Source: Trypethelium eluteriae (lineage: Eukaryota). Taken from it: a stretch of 50,741 bases of DNA. The first letter of the stretch is position 1, and every line of letters begins with the position of its first letter. This document shows, one piece after another, positions 23,896 through 36,613 of this stretch. The position numbers and the translations under genes are program-made. The stretch covers positions 1-50,741 of the forward strand of contig JAVECL010000115.1 of assembly GCA_051942245.1 (NCBI GenBank). The letters run 5' to 3'. The notes under the pieces were generated by a model. That model was not told the DNA's origin, did no database searches, and was given only the letters and a program-made list of their open reading frames with translations.

Positions 23896-24445
23896 GCGCT
23901 TGTTCTCAGGAATTGGTCACTGTGGTTGATTGAGGTTTCAATCAACGTATCAATGCTCTTCAGGGCTTCTATGCACACTGCGGAGCATATACCTGAGTCG
24001 GGTATCTGGACAAAAGCCGAAGAGGTTCGAGGTTGGCGTTGAAGTCCAGGATGGTGCGAGCCCTAAAACCACCCTCAAATGAAGACTTATGATCAGCATT
24101 GCAAATGAATTAGATTTCACTAAACACCTTCCTATTTCTATTATTTTAATGTTCCAAAGCAAGCATTCTTGACAACACTGAAGCGAGTGAGAGATTCGAA
24201 ATGACAGCATTGCCAAGCCCCAGCCCCACATGCTGCCAAGTGCCAACTTTTCCATGCGAATACCAATCTTGCCAAATTTACTCGTTTTCCTCCGCTGTCT
24301 ACGCTTTGACCTCCTACCTAGTGCAGTATAATCTGTTCTTCTAGGAAGTCGCGGAGATCTGCAAAGGAGGTACAGCCCCAAGTGGATTCAATTGAGCAGC
24401 CGAACGAAGCTCTGAAGCTCCGAGGTAGCTTCATAAACACCAAGC

Positions 24446-26409
24446 ATGGTCCAGTGGGGGGAATTGTTATGGGGAAATGGCAGAGAACGGCGTCGTCTCC
24501 GCGATGAGGCCAGACACCGTACTTATTTCCAAATCATTCGGCCTGGCGGCCTTCAATTGACGTCTTGACAGTACTTCCCAGACATGACGGAGAATTCATC
24601 CCCTCCGCAATCCCCGCGTTAGAAGTCACCAAAACCGCCCTCCGCCTCAAGCACCAAGTCGAAGAAGTCATACCCTGCGAACTCGAGGAAGACCGGGTCA
24701 CGAAAGCACATAGTCCTATCATTACACCAGCAGTCATCAAGACCGCAAAGTCGGCTGGCGGAGAGCAATACGGAGCTTGTGTCGTCTTCTGTCTCCTCAT
24801 CTGCAAAAAATGGTTCAAGAAGCAGGCCATTCTGGAGCTGTGGGACGCAGACTTGCATATTGTACGCGCATGTGCATGCGAGGTTTTGGCGAAAAGAATC
24901 ATCGAAGAGGAAGAGAATGAGGAGTACCTGCACCAGGAGGTATTGCTGAAACGATACTCTATTATTGTAAATGGAGAAGAGACGGCACCTGCTAATGCGG
25001 TGGAGAGAGCCGTCGATCTGCATGCATTGAAGGTCATTGGGTCCTCAGGCTATCAGAAGTGTATACAATATCTGTGGAAGGGATGGCTTGTTCAGGATGA
25101 CGAGGATCCATCTCGATTTGTAGCGTACGACCGGAAAGACAAGACGGATTACTGGCTACATTTCGATCCAGATAGGATGCGAGTCCCATTCTATCAAAAT
25201 GCTCTGGAAATATTCTTCTCAATCGTCTACCTTGCGCTCTTTACTGGAGCAATCAACACGGTCAACCCATCGGCAGATTTGGATGTTGTCGAAGTTTTGC
25301 TCTACATCTTCACACTAGGGTTCATCTGTGATGAGGTGTCGAAATTCAGCAAAGTCGGTATTTACTATCTCAGCTTCTGGAATGCCTTCAATAGGTATGC
25401 CTTCCCCTTTGCTCCGCTTTTGCCACCACTGACGATTCGCTTCAGTACCCTCTACACCCTCCTTACAGCTAGCTTCATCACCCGCATGGTTGCCCTTGCC
25501 CACCCTGTGGACGACTCAAAGCGCTACCACTTTAATGAAATCTCCTACAACCTCCTCGCCTGCACCGCTCCCTTCTTCTGGTCCCGTCTCCTCCTCTACC
25601 TCGACACCTACCGCTTCTTCGGCGCCATGCTTGTCGTCCTCAAAGTCATGATGAAAGAGTCCATCCTCTTCTTCACCCTCCTCATCGTCGTCATCATCGG
25701 CTTCCTCCAAGCCTTCATCGGCCTCGACCAGGCTGACAACAACATCACTGCCACCAACTTCGTCATCCAGTCCATGGTCAAGGCGATCCTGACCTCTCCG
25801 GAATTCGAGGGTTTCGACAACTTTGCGCCTCCATTTGGCCTCATACTTTACTATATCTTCACCTTTGTGGTCATGGTGCTACTTCTAAATATCCTAATCG
25901 CGCTGTATAACTCGGCGTATGAGGATATTGCGGGGAACTCGGATGATGAATATATGGGGCTCTTCTCTCAAAAGACCCTTGGGTTCGTGCGAGCGCCTGA
26001 CGAGAACGTCTTCATTGCGCCGCTCAACCTCATCGAGATCGTGTTCCTGGTTCTGCCCTTTGAGTGGTGGATGCCGAAGCGGCAGTATGAGCGTCTGAAT
26101 GATGCAGTTATGGGGACAGTGTATAGTCCGCTACTGCTAGTGACGGCGTGGATCGAGACGCGCGAGGCGTATCGGGTGAGGAGGAATCGGAGGAGGGGAG
26201 AGGTGGATGATGATACTGTGGAGGAGTGGGAGCAGATGGTTGAAGAGGTGGATTTGGAGGGTGAGGGATGGACTAAGACGGTGGAGAGGACGAAGCCAGA
26301 TGTGGCCAACGATGCTACGCTGCTAGAGGTGAGAGAGCTGAGGAAAGAGATCAAGGAGTTGAGAGAGATGCTGGTGGGGATGAAAGGCGCGAACGGGGAC
26401 GGTGTGTAG
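24446..26409 (+). CDS. YVC1: Vacuolar TRP-like Ca2+-permeable cation channel
   Basis: RMRVPFYQN, LLNILIALYNSAY and VRAPDENVFIAPLNLIE; six-TM pattern; introns 24519-24571 and in-frame 25395-25445. Confidence 0.93.
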
Positions 26410-27018
26410 ACTTTCTGTTTTATGCATTGGTGGTTGACTGTTTTACATGAGCCTTTGGGGAGATCAGCATGGAGTTCAGGGAGCATTTATTTCTGGCATG
26501 ATCGATAAGTCAATCGCGTCCTCCATGGTATTATACTACCAGCTATCAGATGTTAGTAGTCACAATAGCCTTGAAAGTATCTGCAAAGAAACCTATACAC
26601 TTACAAAGGGACACAACGGACTGCAAGCGACGCTCTGGCTGGCCCTTACACGTCTCAGTCACTGTTACTATCACACTGGGGAGCGGTACGTCATCATCGT
26701 CCAAGCCCTGCAGGACACGCTTCGACCTGTATAGTGAATGCTAATTTCCACAGCGGCCAACGTACCAAACGCATCAAATCATTAACTACTATTCTACCAA
26801 TCTGAGCGTATCAGCTTAAGAGATAGCCAGCCTGATTGAGTGGCAATAGGTTTGCGAGTCTCACGTAAAATGCTATCACGCTAATAGCGATCAAACACTT
26901 ATGCTCCTTGAAGCGTAGAGCATCAGTCACATAAATGTTTTTGTCCTTTCTTGCACTCTCTCCTCTCCGCGACAAATCTTCTCCTCCCGGTCCCTTCTCA
27001 TTACAGACTTTCGTGCTT

Positions 27019-28945
27019 TCATCCCAGCACCCTTGCATGCTCCTCCAAAATTCGATTCAAGCCGTCCCGTTGCACACACTCCTCAAATCGAAAACTCTTG
27101 GCACACTCCTCTAACTCCTCCTTGCCTAAATTCCGAAACAACTCCGCAAACTCCCCCTGCAAGCATCCCGCGACCCACATCTGATTGACCACCCGAATCA
27201 TCTGGCGCTCCGTGTTCCATGGTGTAGGGTACTGGTCATCTGAGTTTGGCGCCGCTTGCCTAATCCAGTCGACGAGCGGATGTATGACAGCATCTACGGA
27301 AGCGTTGGGTCGTCGTCCCCAGGCATCGAGTTGAAGCGCCGTTTTGCGCGCCAAGAAGGGCGCAATGACGCGGAGGTAGGGGGAGGAGGGAGAGAGGTGG
27401 ACCATGCCTTGCATGCCGATGTCCTAAGTGAAGATTTCAGCCGCTATCCCGGGCACGAAGCTGGAAGAAAAAAGAGGTAATGAGGGATGCCGACCTTGTA
27501 GAGCCAAATGGTCCAATGGATCTGGTGTTTGTCGTAAATGCGGAGCTGCTCACCGAGGACTTCGTATCGGGCTTTGTTGATCTCTTCGGCGCGAGCTTCG
27601 CCGCCGTCGAGGTCCGGCTGTGCGTAGACGGGACCAAATTCGCCATTCCAGCAGGGAACTTTGTGGTCGATCATGAATTGGGCTTTGCGGATGAATTGTT
27701 GTTCGAGTTTGGCTTTCTGACTGACATCGCCTGTGTAGGTTTCACCCCAAGGGAAACCCATTGTCTATAATGGTAAGGATTCTTGCATCATATAAGGTTC
27801 GGTACCAACTTGAAGCCGCTTACGGTGTAGTCGTGCAGGGCGTAAACGCAGTTGGGAAGGACTTTATCAAAGAACTTCCACTCCATAGCCATGGTGTTGC
27901 CGTCAAGCCATAGTATGTGGTTCGGATCAACCGCACGTATTGCTTTCTCGACTCGCTCATAAAAGATAGGTAGGCGCCAGTGCTTAGGATCACATGGTTC
28001 ATTGATGGGATTGTAGCCTGCAACGTATGGATTATCATTGTAACGAGCTGCTAGCTGTTCCCACAGCCAGATGGTCCGGTCTTGGAAATCTTTATGATCC
28101 CAAAAGGCCTATAGCACATTTATCAGTCCTCTCGAATGCTCAGTACCCCTGAGAAAGAATACATGTAGAAGTAGGTTAAAGGGGTTTCTCACGGCATAAT
28201 TTGTACAGTTATCAGAATGCCAGTCCGGATTCTGCCCGCCGGGGACGGTATGCATATCCAGGATGGTATAGATGCCTTCTTTTGCGCACTATACAATTGT
28301 TGTCAGTGTTCTGGAAGGGGAGGTATAAACTTAGCATTAAATAAGGTAGTAGAGGAGAGTGGCTTAAACGACTGCTGAAGGGAAATATCTCAATCTCGAC
28401 AGCTCCAGTAACGAAATCACGGCACCACTATGGAGAGATTGAAGGCTATAAGAATTAGAAAGTTCCTTACTAGATCAATGACTCGATCAAGATGCTTGAA
28501 GCCATCCCTTTTTAATACCCGGGGGTTCATATCATCTTCGAAATGATGATAATTGAAGGGAACCCGCAGACAATTCAGCCCACTCCTCGCCAAGAACTTG
28601 GCATCTGCCTCCATGAAGAAATATTCCAAGAACTTGTCAAAGAACAGCTTGTACTTCTCGGGACCGAGGACGTCAAGCATGGCGGCTCGATGCTGAGACT
28701 CGCTACCAGGATAGCCGGTGATGAAATTCTCCATACTGAATTGAGGTTGGCATCTCGTTCTTGAAGATCGAAACTTTGAGGTAATCGAACATAACGTCCT
28801 TCAAGCCTCTTCTGTTTTCTGGCTTGAGTTAAAGAACATTCACGTACTTCATCCATCCCGCCAGACTGGCACCGCGAAGGATGACCGATGTCCCATGCTC
28901 ATCCACCACCTTTTCTCCGGATACTTTTAGGAAAGCGTTTGGCAT
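27019..28945 (-). CDS. Glycoside hydrolase family 5 (probably intracellular, beta-xylosidase/endoglucanase-like); ~6 exons
   Basis: MPNAFLKVSGEKVVD...GWM|NMENFITGYPG; ILDMHTVPGGQNPDWHSDN; YNPINEP (acid/base); WNGEFGP (nucleophile); no signal peptide. Confidence 0.92.
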
Positions 28946-29360
28946 CCCTACCCAGACTCACGAAAGGTATGTTTGTTGAGGCCATTTCGCTGTCAACACG
29001 CTCGATTTACGTTATGGATGGATCCAGGACCCACGGTCAAAGTTTTTCGGTCCATTTACACCCGAAACGTACTAAGTATTACCTACTTAATTACGGAGTA
29101 CCACCGCATCTTTCCAACACTTATAAAACCACCTAAAGGGCTACTGTAGAAAAGAGTTAAATCACACATCCGTTGTATTTTGAAGCCACCTATTGAATTC
29201 AATGTAAAGCAAGAACACCGAACGAGGCATCCTGTATGGGTCTTCGCTCCTGTCAATGACCAAAATCCCCCGGCATCATGCTTCAATGCTCATTAAAGTG
29301 TATACAAAATGAGAAAGACCCAATCCAAAGGTAAGACGATGCAATGAAGAAAAAATGCCA

Positions 29361-32300
29361 TCACTTCTTCTCTAAAAGTCGCACATCCTCCCCCGCCTGC
29401 AGTCGCTCGATCTCGCCTCCGATACTCATAACCCAATGATCTTTCTCGGCGCGACTTCTCGTCTTGAAAACAATACTGCGACCCGGTACACCCAGACTAC
29501 TCACCAACTTCAACCGCTGCCTCCTCTGCTCCGACCCTAGCATCCCCGTTCCAGTCTTCTTCTTATCACCAACATTCCCCAGATCCCCAGGCGCTCGAAA
29601 CAAATTCTTCTTCTTCCCATGCCACACGACGAAGCACGTCGCAGTATCCTCATCACAGCTCGTCCAGCCATCCGCATACCTCCTCGGCAACGCCTGATGC
29701 CCCGGCCGATTCGGATCAAACGTACGATTCCGATACAGCAGATCGCCCTCCGTCACCAACCCACTGTACACATAACACCCCTGAAGATCGATCGCGCCCA
29801 CCCGCTCCTGATGCACATGCGCAACCTCGGTGCCGGACCGCCTCCTCGCCGTCTCCTGAAACACCAGCAGCTGCCCGGGACACAGCACGAGCGTGCACCG
29901 GGCAAACACCGCATGCCTCCGCGGCTTGCGGTACAGCGTGCCCGCGAGCAGCACCGCGCGACACGGCCCCGCCAGCCCGCACAAGTGGTACAGCTGGGGT
30001 GACGCGACCGACGCGCCGACCTCCCATTTCCGCGCGAATTGCCCCACGTACGCCTCGCTCTCCTCGTCGATGCGCAGGGCCGCGAAGTTGGTTGCGCGGA
30101 CGGACTTGTATAGGGCGAGGTCGGCGGCGATGCGCTGGGTCCAGTACGCGACGAGGGAGCGCAGTCGCTGCATCCATTCGGATTTGGTTGAGCTATTGTA
30201 CGCTTGCAGACGGATGATGAGCCCGTTGCGCAGGAGCAGCTCGAAGGTGCGCGCTTCGTCGAATTGCTGCGTTGCGCCGTCTTCTTGGGGGCTGTCGTCG
30301 ACGGCTTGGTGGAACTCGACGTCGGAGCCGGAGTCTAGGTGCTGGTCGGCTGGGGTGGCGCCGCGTGTGACGTTGCGGATGCGGAGGATGTTGGTGAGCT
30401 TGATGACGCCGTCGCAGTTGCGGAGGGTGTCGGCTGTTCGTTCGGCTTCGTCTGCTGCTTCGCGGTCGCGTTGGCGTATTTCGTTGGAGGAATGGCTGTG
30501 CTGTCGAGCTAGCCATCTAATCTTACCATGCTCGTCGAGCTCGTACGGGTGAACAGCGTATATTATGGGTGTCTGCTCTGCTATCTCATGGGCGGTGGGA
30601 ACTTTCGTGCCGGTCCGCATCGGTAGCTTAGGAGGCGGGGGTGGAGTGACTTTGGCAGGTCGAGAAAATGCAAGGAATTGGCTATGTGTAGAGAAATATA
30701 GCCGTTTGAAGAACATCCGTCCTAGCCGCTGGTCCTGACCCGTCTGAGAGGTGAGTCTGATGAGAAACCCTTCAATAGGTGGTGGCTCTATCATGGGCTG
30801 AACTGCCGAACCCTTTAGAGAGGTTGGGTAGTGCTGCTTGGGACGAAGTTCGAGATCGTGAGATTGCTCCATGGCGATTGTACCGTACATTTTTCGTTCA
30901 TTTGCTCCATGAATCCATTCCAACCGATCGTATCGTTTCCATGCAAGACCAACATGGTGGTCATGTGCCCATGTCTGCACGATATCTCCACAGTGTGGCG
31001 CTTTTTGGAGCATGTTTACGCATCGTTCGATGATATTTCCTGCAACAGCTTGCTCCTCCTGTAGAGTGTTAGATATCGCAGTCTCGTCACCGTCCGCAGC
31101 TTGAGCAATGTCGCGAGAGGCTTCCAGTTTGTCAAAAGGGTTGGTCAAGACCAACTGGACGTCCAGGTCAGGCACAATTACTTGGAGGGTTTGGTTGCGG
31201 TACCAGCCATTGATGTTGCGTAGGAATGTATACCACTCCATCGAGTCCGCCCCAGATTGCGGCTGCATGATGAATATCCTTGTCCCTTTGCTTTCGGGTT
31301 GCCACATTACCACGGTCTTGTCCAGAGAGGAGTACAGGTTGATGCCAGTGGACTTAGGATCTAGTAGGATTTGGTACATAGGCCGTTTCCGCACATGCTC
31401 CTGCTCTAGAGCTGGTATGACTCTCGTCTTGTACAATTGTAATTTGAAGCCTGCTTGTTCTTCACCGACCGTCGCTCGGCAGACTACCATCAATTCTCTC
31501 CACTTTTCTAGCGTTCTAGACTCGATCTTTTGACTATCATTCTCGTCGAAGTCCTTTGGAAGTTGCTGCTGACTCCAGTCGACTCGTACCAGCATCCGCT
31601 CCATTTTCATAATCTGACCCTCTTGGCGAGTTGGTCTCCGAAGGTTGCGCGCTGATCGCTGTTGACTGACTTGAGCAAGCTTGGCTTTCATTTGTAATTC
31701 ATTTTTTGCAAGCTGGTTAGATAAATTGAAGCGCACTGGGCCAAGAGATTGCTTTCGCGCTTTGTTTGGGTCTGGTCCGATTGCAGGAGCCTCGGTGGGC
31801 TTGCCGTTGTCTGTATGATCTTGTGGCTGAGCTGACAGACCCACTTTGGACTTCAGCTTTCGAGATGCCGAGCTTTCGGGACGTGTTTCTGCCACGTTCG
31901 AGTTGCCTCTGCCTTGCTCATCGTGCCGAACCAGTGAAGTTGTGGATGTCGTTGTAAGTGGCCGGTCTTCGCTAGCGGAGCGTACACCAGTGGTCAAACT
32001 ATCACCGCTGGATTTGGAGCCAGACCCACCCATACCATTGTTATCCTCCGGTACGGTAGACAGCGGCCGGATACGTGGGGACGAATCGTCATTCTTCTGA
32101 AGCTGGGGTGATGACTGTTCGATAGCTGTATGAAAGGAGGGAGTCTCAGAGTCCCGGCGCTTCTTGCTCCCACTCCTTTGAAAACTGGAGCCCCCTCCAC
32201 TCGTGTTTTCTGGCGACAGTCCTGTCCTTGCATCCTCATATTTTGTTTCTTGCCTCTTTGGTTTTTGTATGGTTGCCTCCTCTTCTACAACTGGTGGAGG

Positions 32301-32792
32301 AATGGGGCTAGCCCTGCTCGCCTCTACAGCAGGAGGCGACTTCGTAGTGGCGGGTTGTGGGCTGACCAATCCGTCCTCAGCTTCATCCTCCTCTGCAAGG
32401 TCAAGGTCACTTGGTTGTTTGAAAGTGTGTCCGTATACTGCTGATGCGCTCGGACCCTCGAGCCCTGTGAGCCGCTTTTGCTTGGAGACGTTGCTACTCG
32501 CACGGAAAGAAGGTCGGCGTGAAGAATCAGAGAGGCCGAGTTGATGCTTGTACCAGTCACGCCGATGCGATTTGAGCCAACCCTCAGGGATAGGTCCGAT
32601 GAAGCAGCGTCGAGTGGTTAAGTGGAGATGCTCTGGGCTTGCATGTTTCTGCAGATAACAGTTAGAAAAGTCTACTAGTATTGGAGCCCATGAATTTACC
32701 AGTCGCAGTGCGGTATGGGATTCTGGGTCTAAGCCTATGATACTTGGCCGTGAATGATGCCTGCTCGAGGGTTCAGGCTGAGGGGAAGTCAT
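29361..32792 (-). CDS. SPO71: Sporulation/prospore-membrane PH-domain protein (Spo71/Mug56 family)
   Basis: ASPEHLHLTTRRCFIGPIPEGWL, LYSSLDKT, WKRYDRLEW and VFKTRSRAEKDHWV; probable in-frame intron 32699-32649. Confidence 0.88.
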   Translation of the reverse strand: MTSPQPEPSSRHHSRPSIIGLDPESHTALRLVNSWAPILVDFSNCYLQKHASPEHLHLTTRRCFIGPIPEGWLKSHRRDWYKHQLGLSDSSRRPSFRASSNVSKQKRLTGLEGPSASAVYGHTFKQPSDLDLAEEDEAEDGLVSPQPATTKSPPAVEASRASPIPPPVVEEEATIQKPKRQETKYEDARTGLSPENTSGGGSSFQRSGSKKRRDSETPSFHTAIEQSSPQLQKNDDSSPRIRPLSTVPEDNNGMGGSGSKSSGDSLTTGVRSASEDRPLTTTSTTSLVRHDEQGRGNSNVAETRPESSASRKLKSKVGLSAQPQDHTDNGKPTEAPAIGPDPNKARKQSLGPVRFNLSNQLAKNELQMKAKLAQVSQQRSARNLRRPTRQEGQIMKMERMLVRVDWSQQQLPKDFDENDSQKIESRTLEKWRELMVVCRATVGEEQAGFKLQLYKTRVIPALEQEHVRKRPMYQILLDPKSTGINLYSSLDKTVVMWQPESKGTRIFIMQPQSGADSMEWYTFLRNINGWYRNQTLQVIVPDLDVQLVLTNPFDKLEASRDIAQAADGDETAISNTLQEEQAVAGNIIERCVNMLQKAPHCGDIVQTWAHDHHVGLAWKRYDRLEWIHGANERKMYGTIAMEQSHDLELRPKQHYPTSLKGSAVQPMIEPPPIEGFLIRLTSQTGQDQRLGRMFFKRLYFSTHSQFLAFSRPAKVTPPPPPKLPMRTGTKVPTAHEIAEQTPIIYAVHPYELDEHGKIRWLARQHSHSSNEIRQRDREAADEAERTADTLRNCDGVIKLTNILRIRNVTRGATPADQHLDSGSDVEFHQAVDDSPQEDGATQQFDEARTFELLLRNGLIIRLQAYNSSTKSEWMQRLRSLVAYWTQRIAADLALYKSVRATNFAALRIDEESEAYVGQFARKWEVGASVASPQLYHLCGLAGPCRAVLLAGTLYRKPRRHAVFARCTLVLCPGQLLVFQETARRRSGTEVAHVHQERVGAIDLQGCYVYSGLVTEGDLLYRNRTFDPNRPGHQALPRRYADGWTSCDEDTATCFVVWHGKKKNLFRAPGDLGNVGDKKKTGTGMLGSEQRRQRLKLVSSLGVPGRSIVFKTRSRAEKDHWVMSIGGEIERLQAGEDVRLLEKK

Positions 32793-34870
32793 TTGATGAA
32801 TTGACGGGATACAGAAGTAAACATTATGAAGGGAATATTTTTCAAGCAGTAACTAAAGAAGTATATACACAGAAAAGGGAATGAGAAGGAGTGGTAGGGA
32901 ATCCTCCCTAACCTTGCGCGCATAAGGGAGTGACGTGCGCGGGCTAGGGGGCCGATCTAGAGCAGTCGCAGATCGCCCGCCGCCGTCTATGCAACTAACC
33001 CATGCGTGCCGCGCTACCTTCGTACTTATGAGCTGGGACAAATCTGGGATTCAGCTAACCTGTGCAAAAGGCTTGCTAGACGATGACGTGTGCTCAGCAC
33101 AAGTCTCAGAGGTGAAGCCACGTCCGCGGTCTAGCCCACGTAACTGGAACAATCAACCGTATCGCATCAAGAAGATGGCATGAGAACTGCAGCGAAACGA
33201 GTGTTGAATCCTTTTATTCCCGTGCCCTCCCGTGCGCCCTCATTATCCCCAAATTGCCTACCTAGTACCTACCGAGCCGGCCTTGTCAGAACTTCAGATT
33301 GAATGACGTGTAAGCCTGGGCTTGCCTGCGAAAAATAGGATGTCTATCCTCTAAACGTGACGTCAATACTTTGACTTCCCTTAAAGACACTGATACAGAA
33401 TACGCTGTTGAATAACTAGAAGTCGCCTCATCTCAGGCTCGCTTCCTGGATGATGAGAAGAAAACGGACGATGAACTGCCCTTGATCGCAGCTGGCGAAG
33501 TTACAGCGGCACGTAATTATGGAGGCTCGTTTACAGGACTTCGGATCGTAGTGGATAAGATCCTCTACGACTGTTTCAACTGGGTGAACGAGCATCTTGG
33601 CGACGACACTGTCATTAAGAAGCTCCGGGGATCGGACTGTTCAAAGCAGACCTAGAAATTCCATACCAATAAAGAGATGGAGAACTCGAGGTGCCGTCTA
33701 CGTATGGGAAGAACGGAGTGTGTCGTCAATAGATATGCGGAGCGGCGAAACTAGGTTGGCTGGAGTGGTCTGCCTGGGTGCAGAGATGGTTAATAGAAAC
33801 AAGCTAAGAGTATCAAGACAACACGATGGGAGTTAGAGTAATGCTGCTTTTATGAACTTAGCAACAGCTTTCAAACATACTAACGAGCCACGAAGCCGTA
33901 GACCAAGATCTCTGTGCCCGGCAAACATCACCATATACAAAGCTGGTTGACCACAATGAGACTATCACCAGCGGACAGTCGTCGCTGTCCACATTCCACT
34001 CTCGTATATACGGTTGACTTATCTTCATAGCTGAGCACTGACACATGCTTCCTCTTGTTTGCAGTGTGGGCACATCTAGTTTAGCAAAAGCCTCTTCTCA
34101 TCCAAATCTAGACGCACATGACCAGGCAAAGAAGCCTCACGAAGAAATCTAGAGACCATTTGCAAATGAGTCAGAGGCAAGGAAATTGCAAAAGCTACCT
34201 CCGTAGACCGCACCGTAGACTGCGAAGCGGCTTCCATCGATCAGTCCGTTCAATTCAGGAGTACTTCAGGTTGCTGACAGACTCTTGACAAATTCTGCTC
34301 GCTGAGCCACGTGGAGCCGCAGATAGAAAAGTGGGGGCCGGACCAATCAATGCCACACGAGCGAGCCAAGCTTGATCAACACAATTGTAATCACCGAAAC
34401 CATTACTGCAATAGCACCATTATTAGGTACCTACCAATATTAGATGCTTTTCAGATACCGTAATCATTCGGCTCGCGTCTTGATCCGTAAGCCGGTCGTC
34501 GGGACGGAACGATGTTGCCAGTGAGGCTGTTTTCGTATTCTCCTGATCCTGCCGCGAGCTTCCTTCAGCAATGGCTAGAGAAACAATTGATTCACGCATG
34601 GGCCAATGGAAGGTTCCTGAGGGAGGTAAGCTTAGCAATCAAAGGTGTTGGAGGCTGCAGTATGGAGTACAGCAGGTACGGTACGATATCGTATGGCGGG
34701 GCAGTTTCGAATGTGGGGAGAACTACTCCATTACGTAGTTAGTGCACTCGAAGCAAGGCTGTAGGATATAAAACTAGCCGATGACCTTCGGACGCTGATC
34801 GATTCAAGCTCTTGAGCCTTGTCCATTTTACTCTCTTTTCTCAAGATAGAACTTGAAAAGTCTTTTCAAA

Positions 34871-35694
34871 ATGTCTCTCAAGCCTATTACCCTTTATTCT
34901 CACGCCTCCGTAAGAACTACTCATCCCGCAGAGATTTTGTTACTCATGAGACACAGGGTCCGAACCCATGGCGTGTGGCCATTATTCTTGAGGAGCTCGG
35001 CGTCCCATACGAGACTAAGTTGATGGAGTTTGGTGATCTCAAGAAGGAGCCTTTCATCTCCCTGAACCCCAATGGCCGTGTTCCAGCCATTGAGGACCCC
35101 AACACCGGCTACAAGCTCTTTGAGGTCAGTCGACCCTCATTTGGATATTGTTTCACGCAGATGTTGATGATCTTCGTAGTCCGGTGCCATTGTCGAGTAC
35201 CTCCTTGAACAGTACGACAAGAACAACAAGCTCCAATACACCTCCGGCGAGGAGAAATACCTTGCCAAATCTTGGGCTTTCTTCCAGATCTCAGGCCAGG
35301 GCCCATATTTCGGCCAAAAAGCCTGGTGGGTTTTATCTGACATGATCTCCTCCATCAATTCTAACGAAGAAATCCCCTTAGGTTCACCCACTTCCACCAC
35401 GAAAAGCTCCCCTCTGCTGTCGAGCGTTACGCCAATGAGATCAAGCGCGTCACTAGCGTCATAGATGCCCACCTTGCCAAGACGGGCAAGCAGTACCTCG
35501 TCGGTGACAAGATCACATATGCCGACCTTTCTTTCGTACCCTGGCAACAGGCCGTGCCCTTCCTGCTCGGTGAAGAGGCGGAGAAGCTCGAAAAGGATTA
35601 CCCGCACTACGTTGCGTGGAATAAGCGCTTGAATGAGAGAGAGAGCGTGAAAAAGATCGCGGCCGATAAGGCGAAAGCTATGGGTCAGGGCTAG
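34871..35694 (+). CDS. Glutathione S-transferase (Ure2p/Nu-like); 4 exons
   Basis: GPNPWRV, NPNGRVPAIED, FE|SGAI, FQISGQGPYFGQ and YLVGDKITYADL; TATAAAA ~100 nt upstream. Confidence 0.95.
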
Positions 35695-36613
35695 TAAATG
35701 GAAGAGATGGATTACAGGCGGGCGGACTGGTTCCAGCTACTTAAGCCACGGAAATATTGACTCTGTAGTGTGCATCAGCATCAGGAGATAGTGGGGAGGA
35801 AGAAAAATAGTAATCTACAAGTTCCTCCGCAATGGTCTCGCTTGTCACAAGCGCTTGCCACAGTTTCCTTTGTGGAATTATCGTCTCTTGGACATCTTAC
35901 GTGGCCCACATGGATTTTGCCTTTCACCATTATTCCCTTGTAAAGACGCAGTGACCCATCGCTAGTTTTCCAGTGAATAGCACTTACGTTGTCTCCTTCT
36001 GACACTCAGTCATTTAACCCAGACGCGGATATTGACAAATGAATAGACACAACCCTGGTCACTTGTTCTATATTGGAGGAGCAAGGGAAGATTATGCACT
36101 TCCATACTCTAAGGCTGGTTCTCGATATCATGTCCGTCGTAACCCGCTAAGTACGACCCTGGATGATGACGCTCCTTAATCAGCATAGATGTCCTCCTCT
36201 CTCCTTCTTGGCCGAGTTTGAATCTCTCAGTCTGGCTTCTGAGACACCCCATTCAATACTATGCAAGAGTGCAAAAGCAATCTTGTCCAAACCCATCCAA
36301 GAATTTCGTCTCTTTTATGACTTGAGGCAACTGCGAGACTAAGGGTGATGTCCATTCCAGAATCCACGGGCATGAACGGCTAGAAAGAAGCTAAGACAGG
36401 ACGGTTTCATGAGCGATTCAGGGAATTATAAGACTAATAGAATTTACCGCTGTAGGGACCGGAGGTAAGAGCAACAGGCCGATAGCTGCGATCTCCAGAT
36501 AGAGGCTTACGAGATACGCCACCTCCTCTCTCAATCTAAACTAGGAAGGTACCGCAGTATATTATCAAAAGTGAAAGAGTTGATCCGAAACCCAAAAGAT
36601 CTTTGATTGATCA

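Noticed and set aside
29464..30552. Multiple overlapping long ORFs and high GC in the SPO71 3' region, suggesting an insertion or antisense genes
   Set aside because: The SPO71 frame is continuous with conserved motifs; the shadow ORFs reflect GC-rich codon usage.
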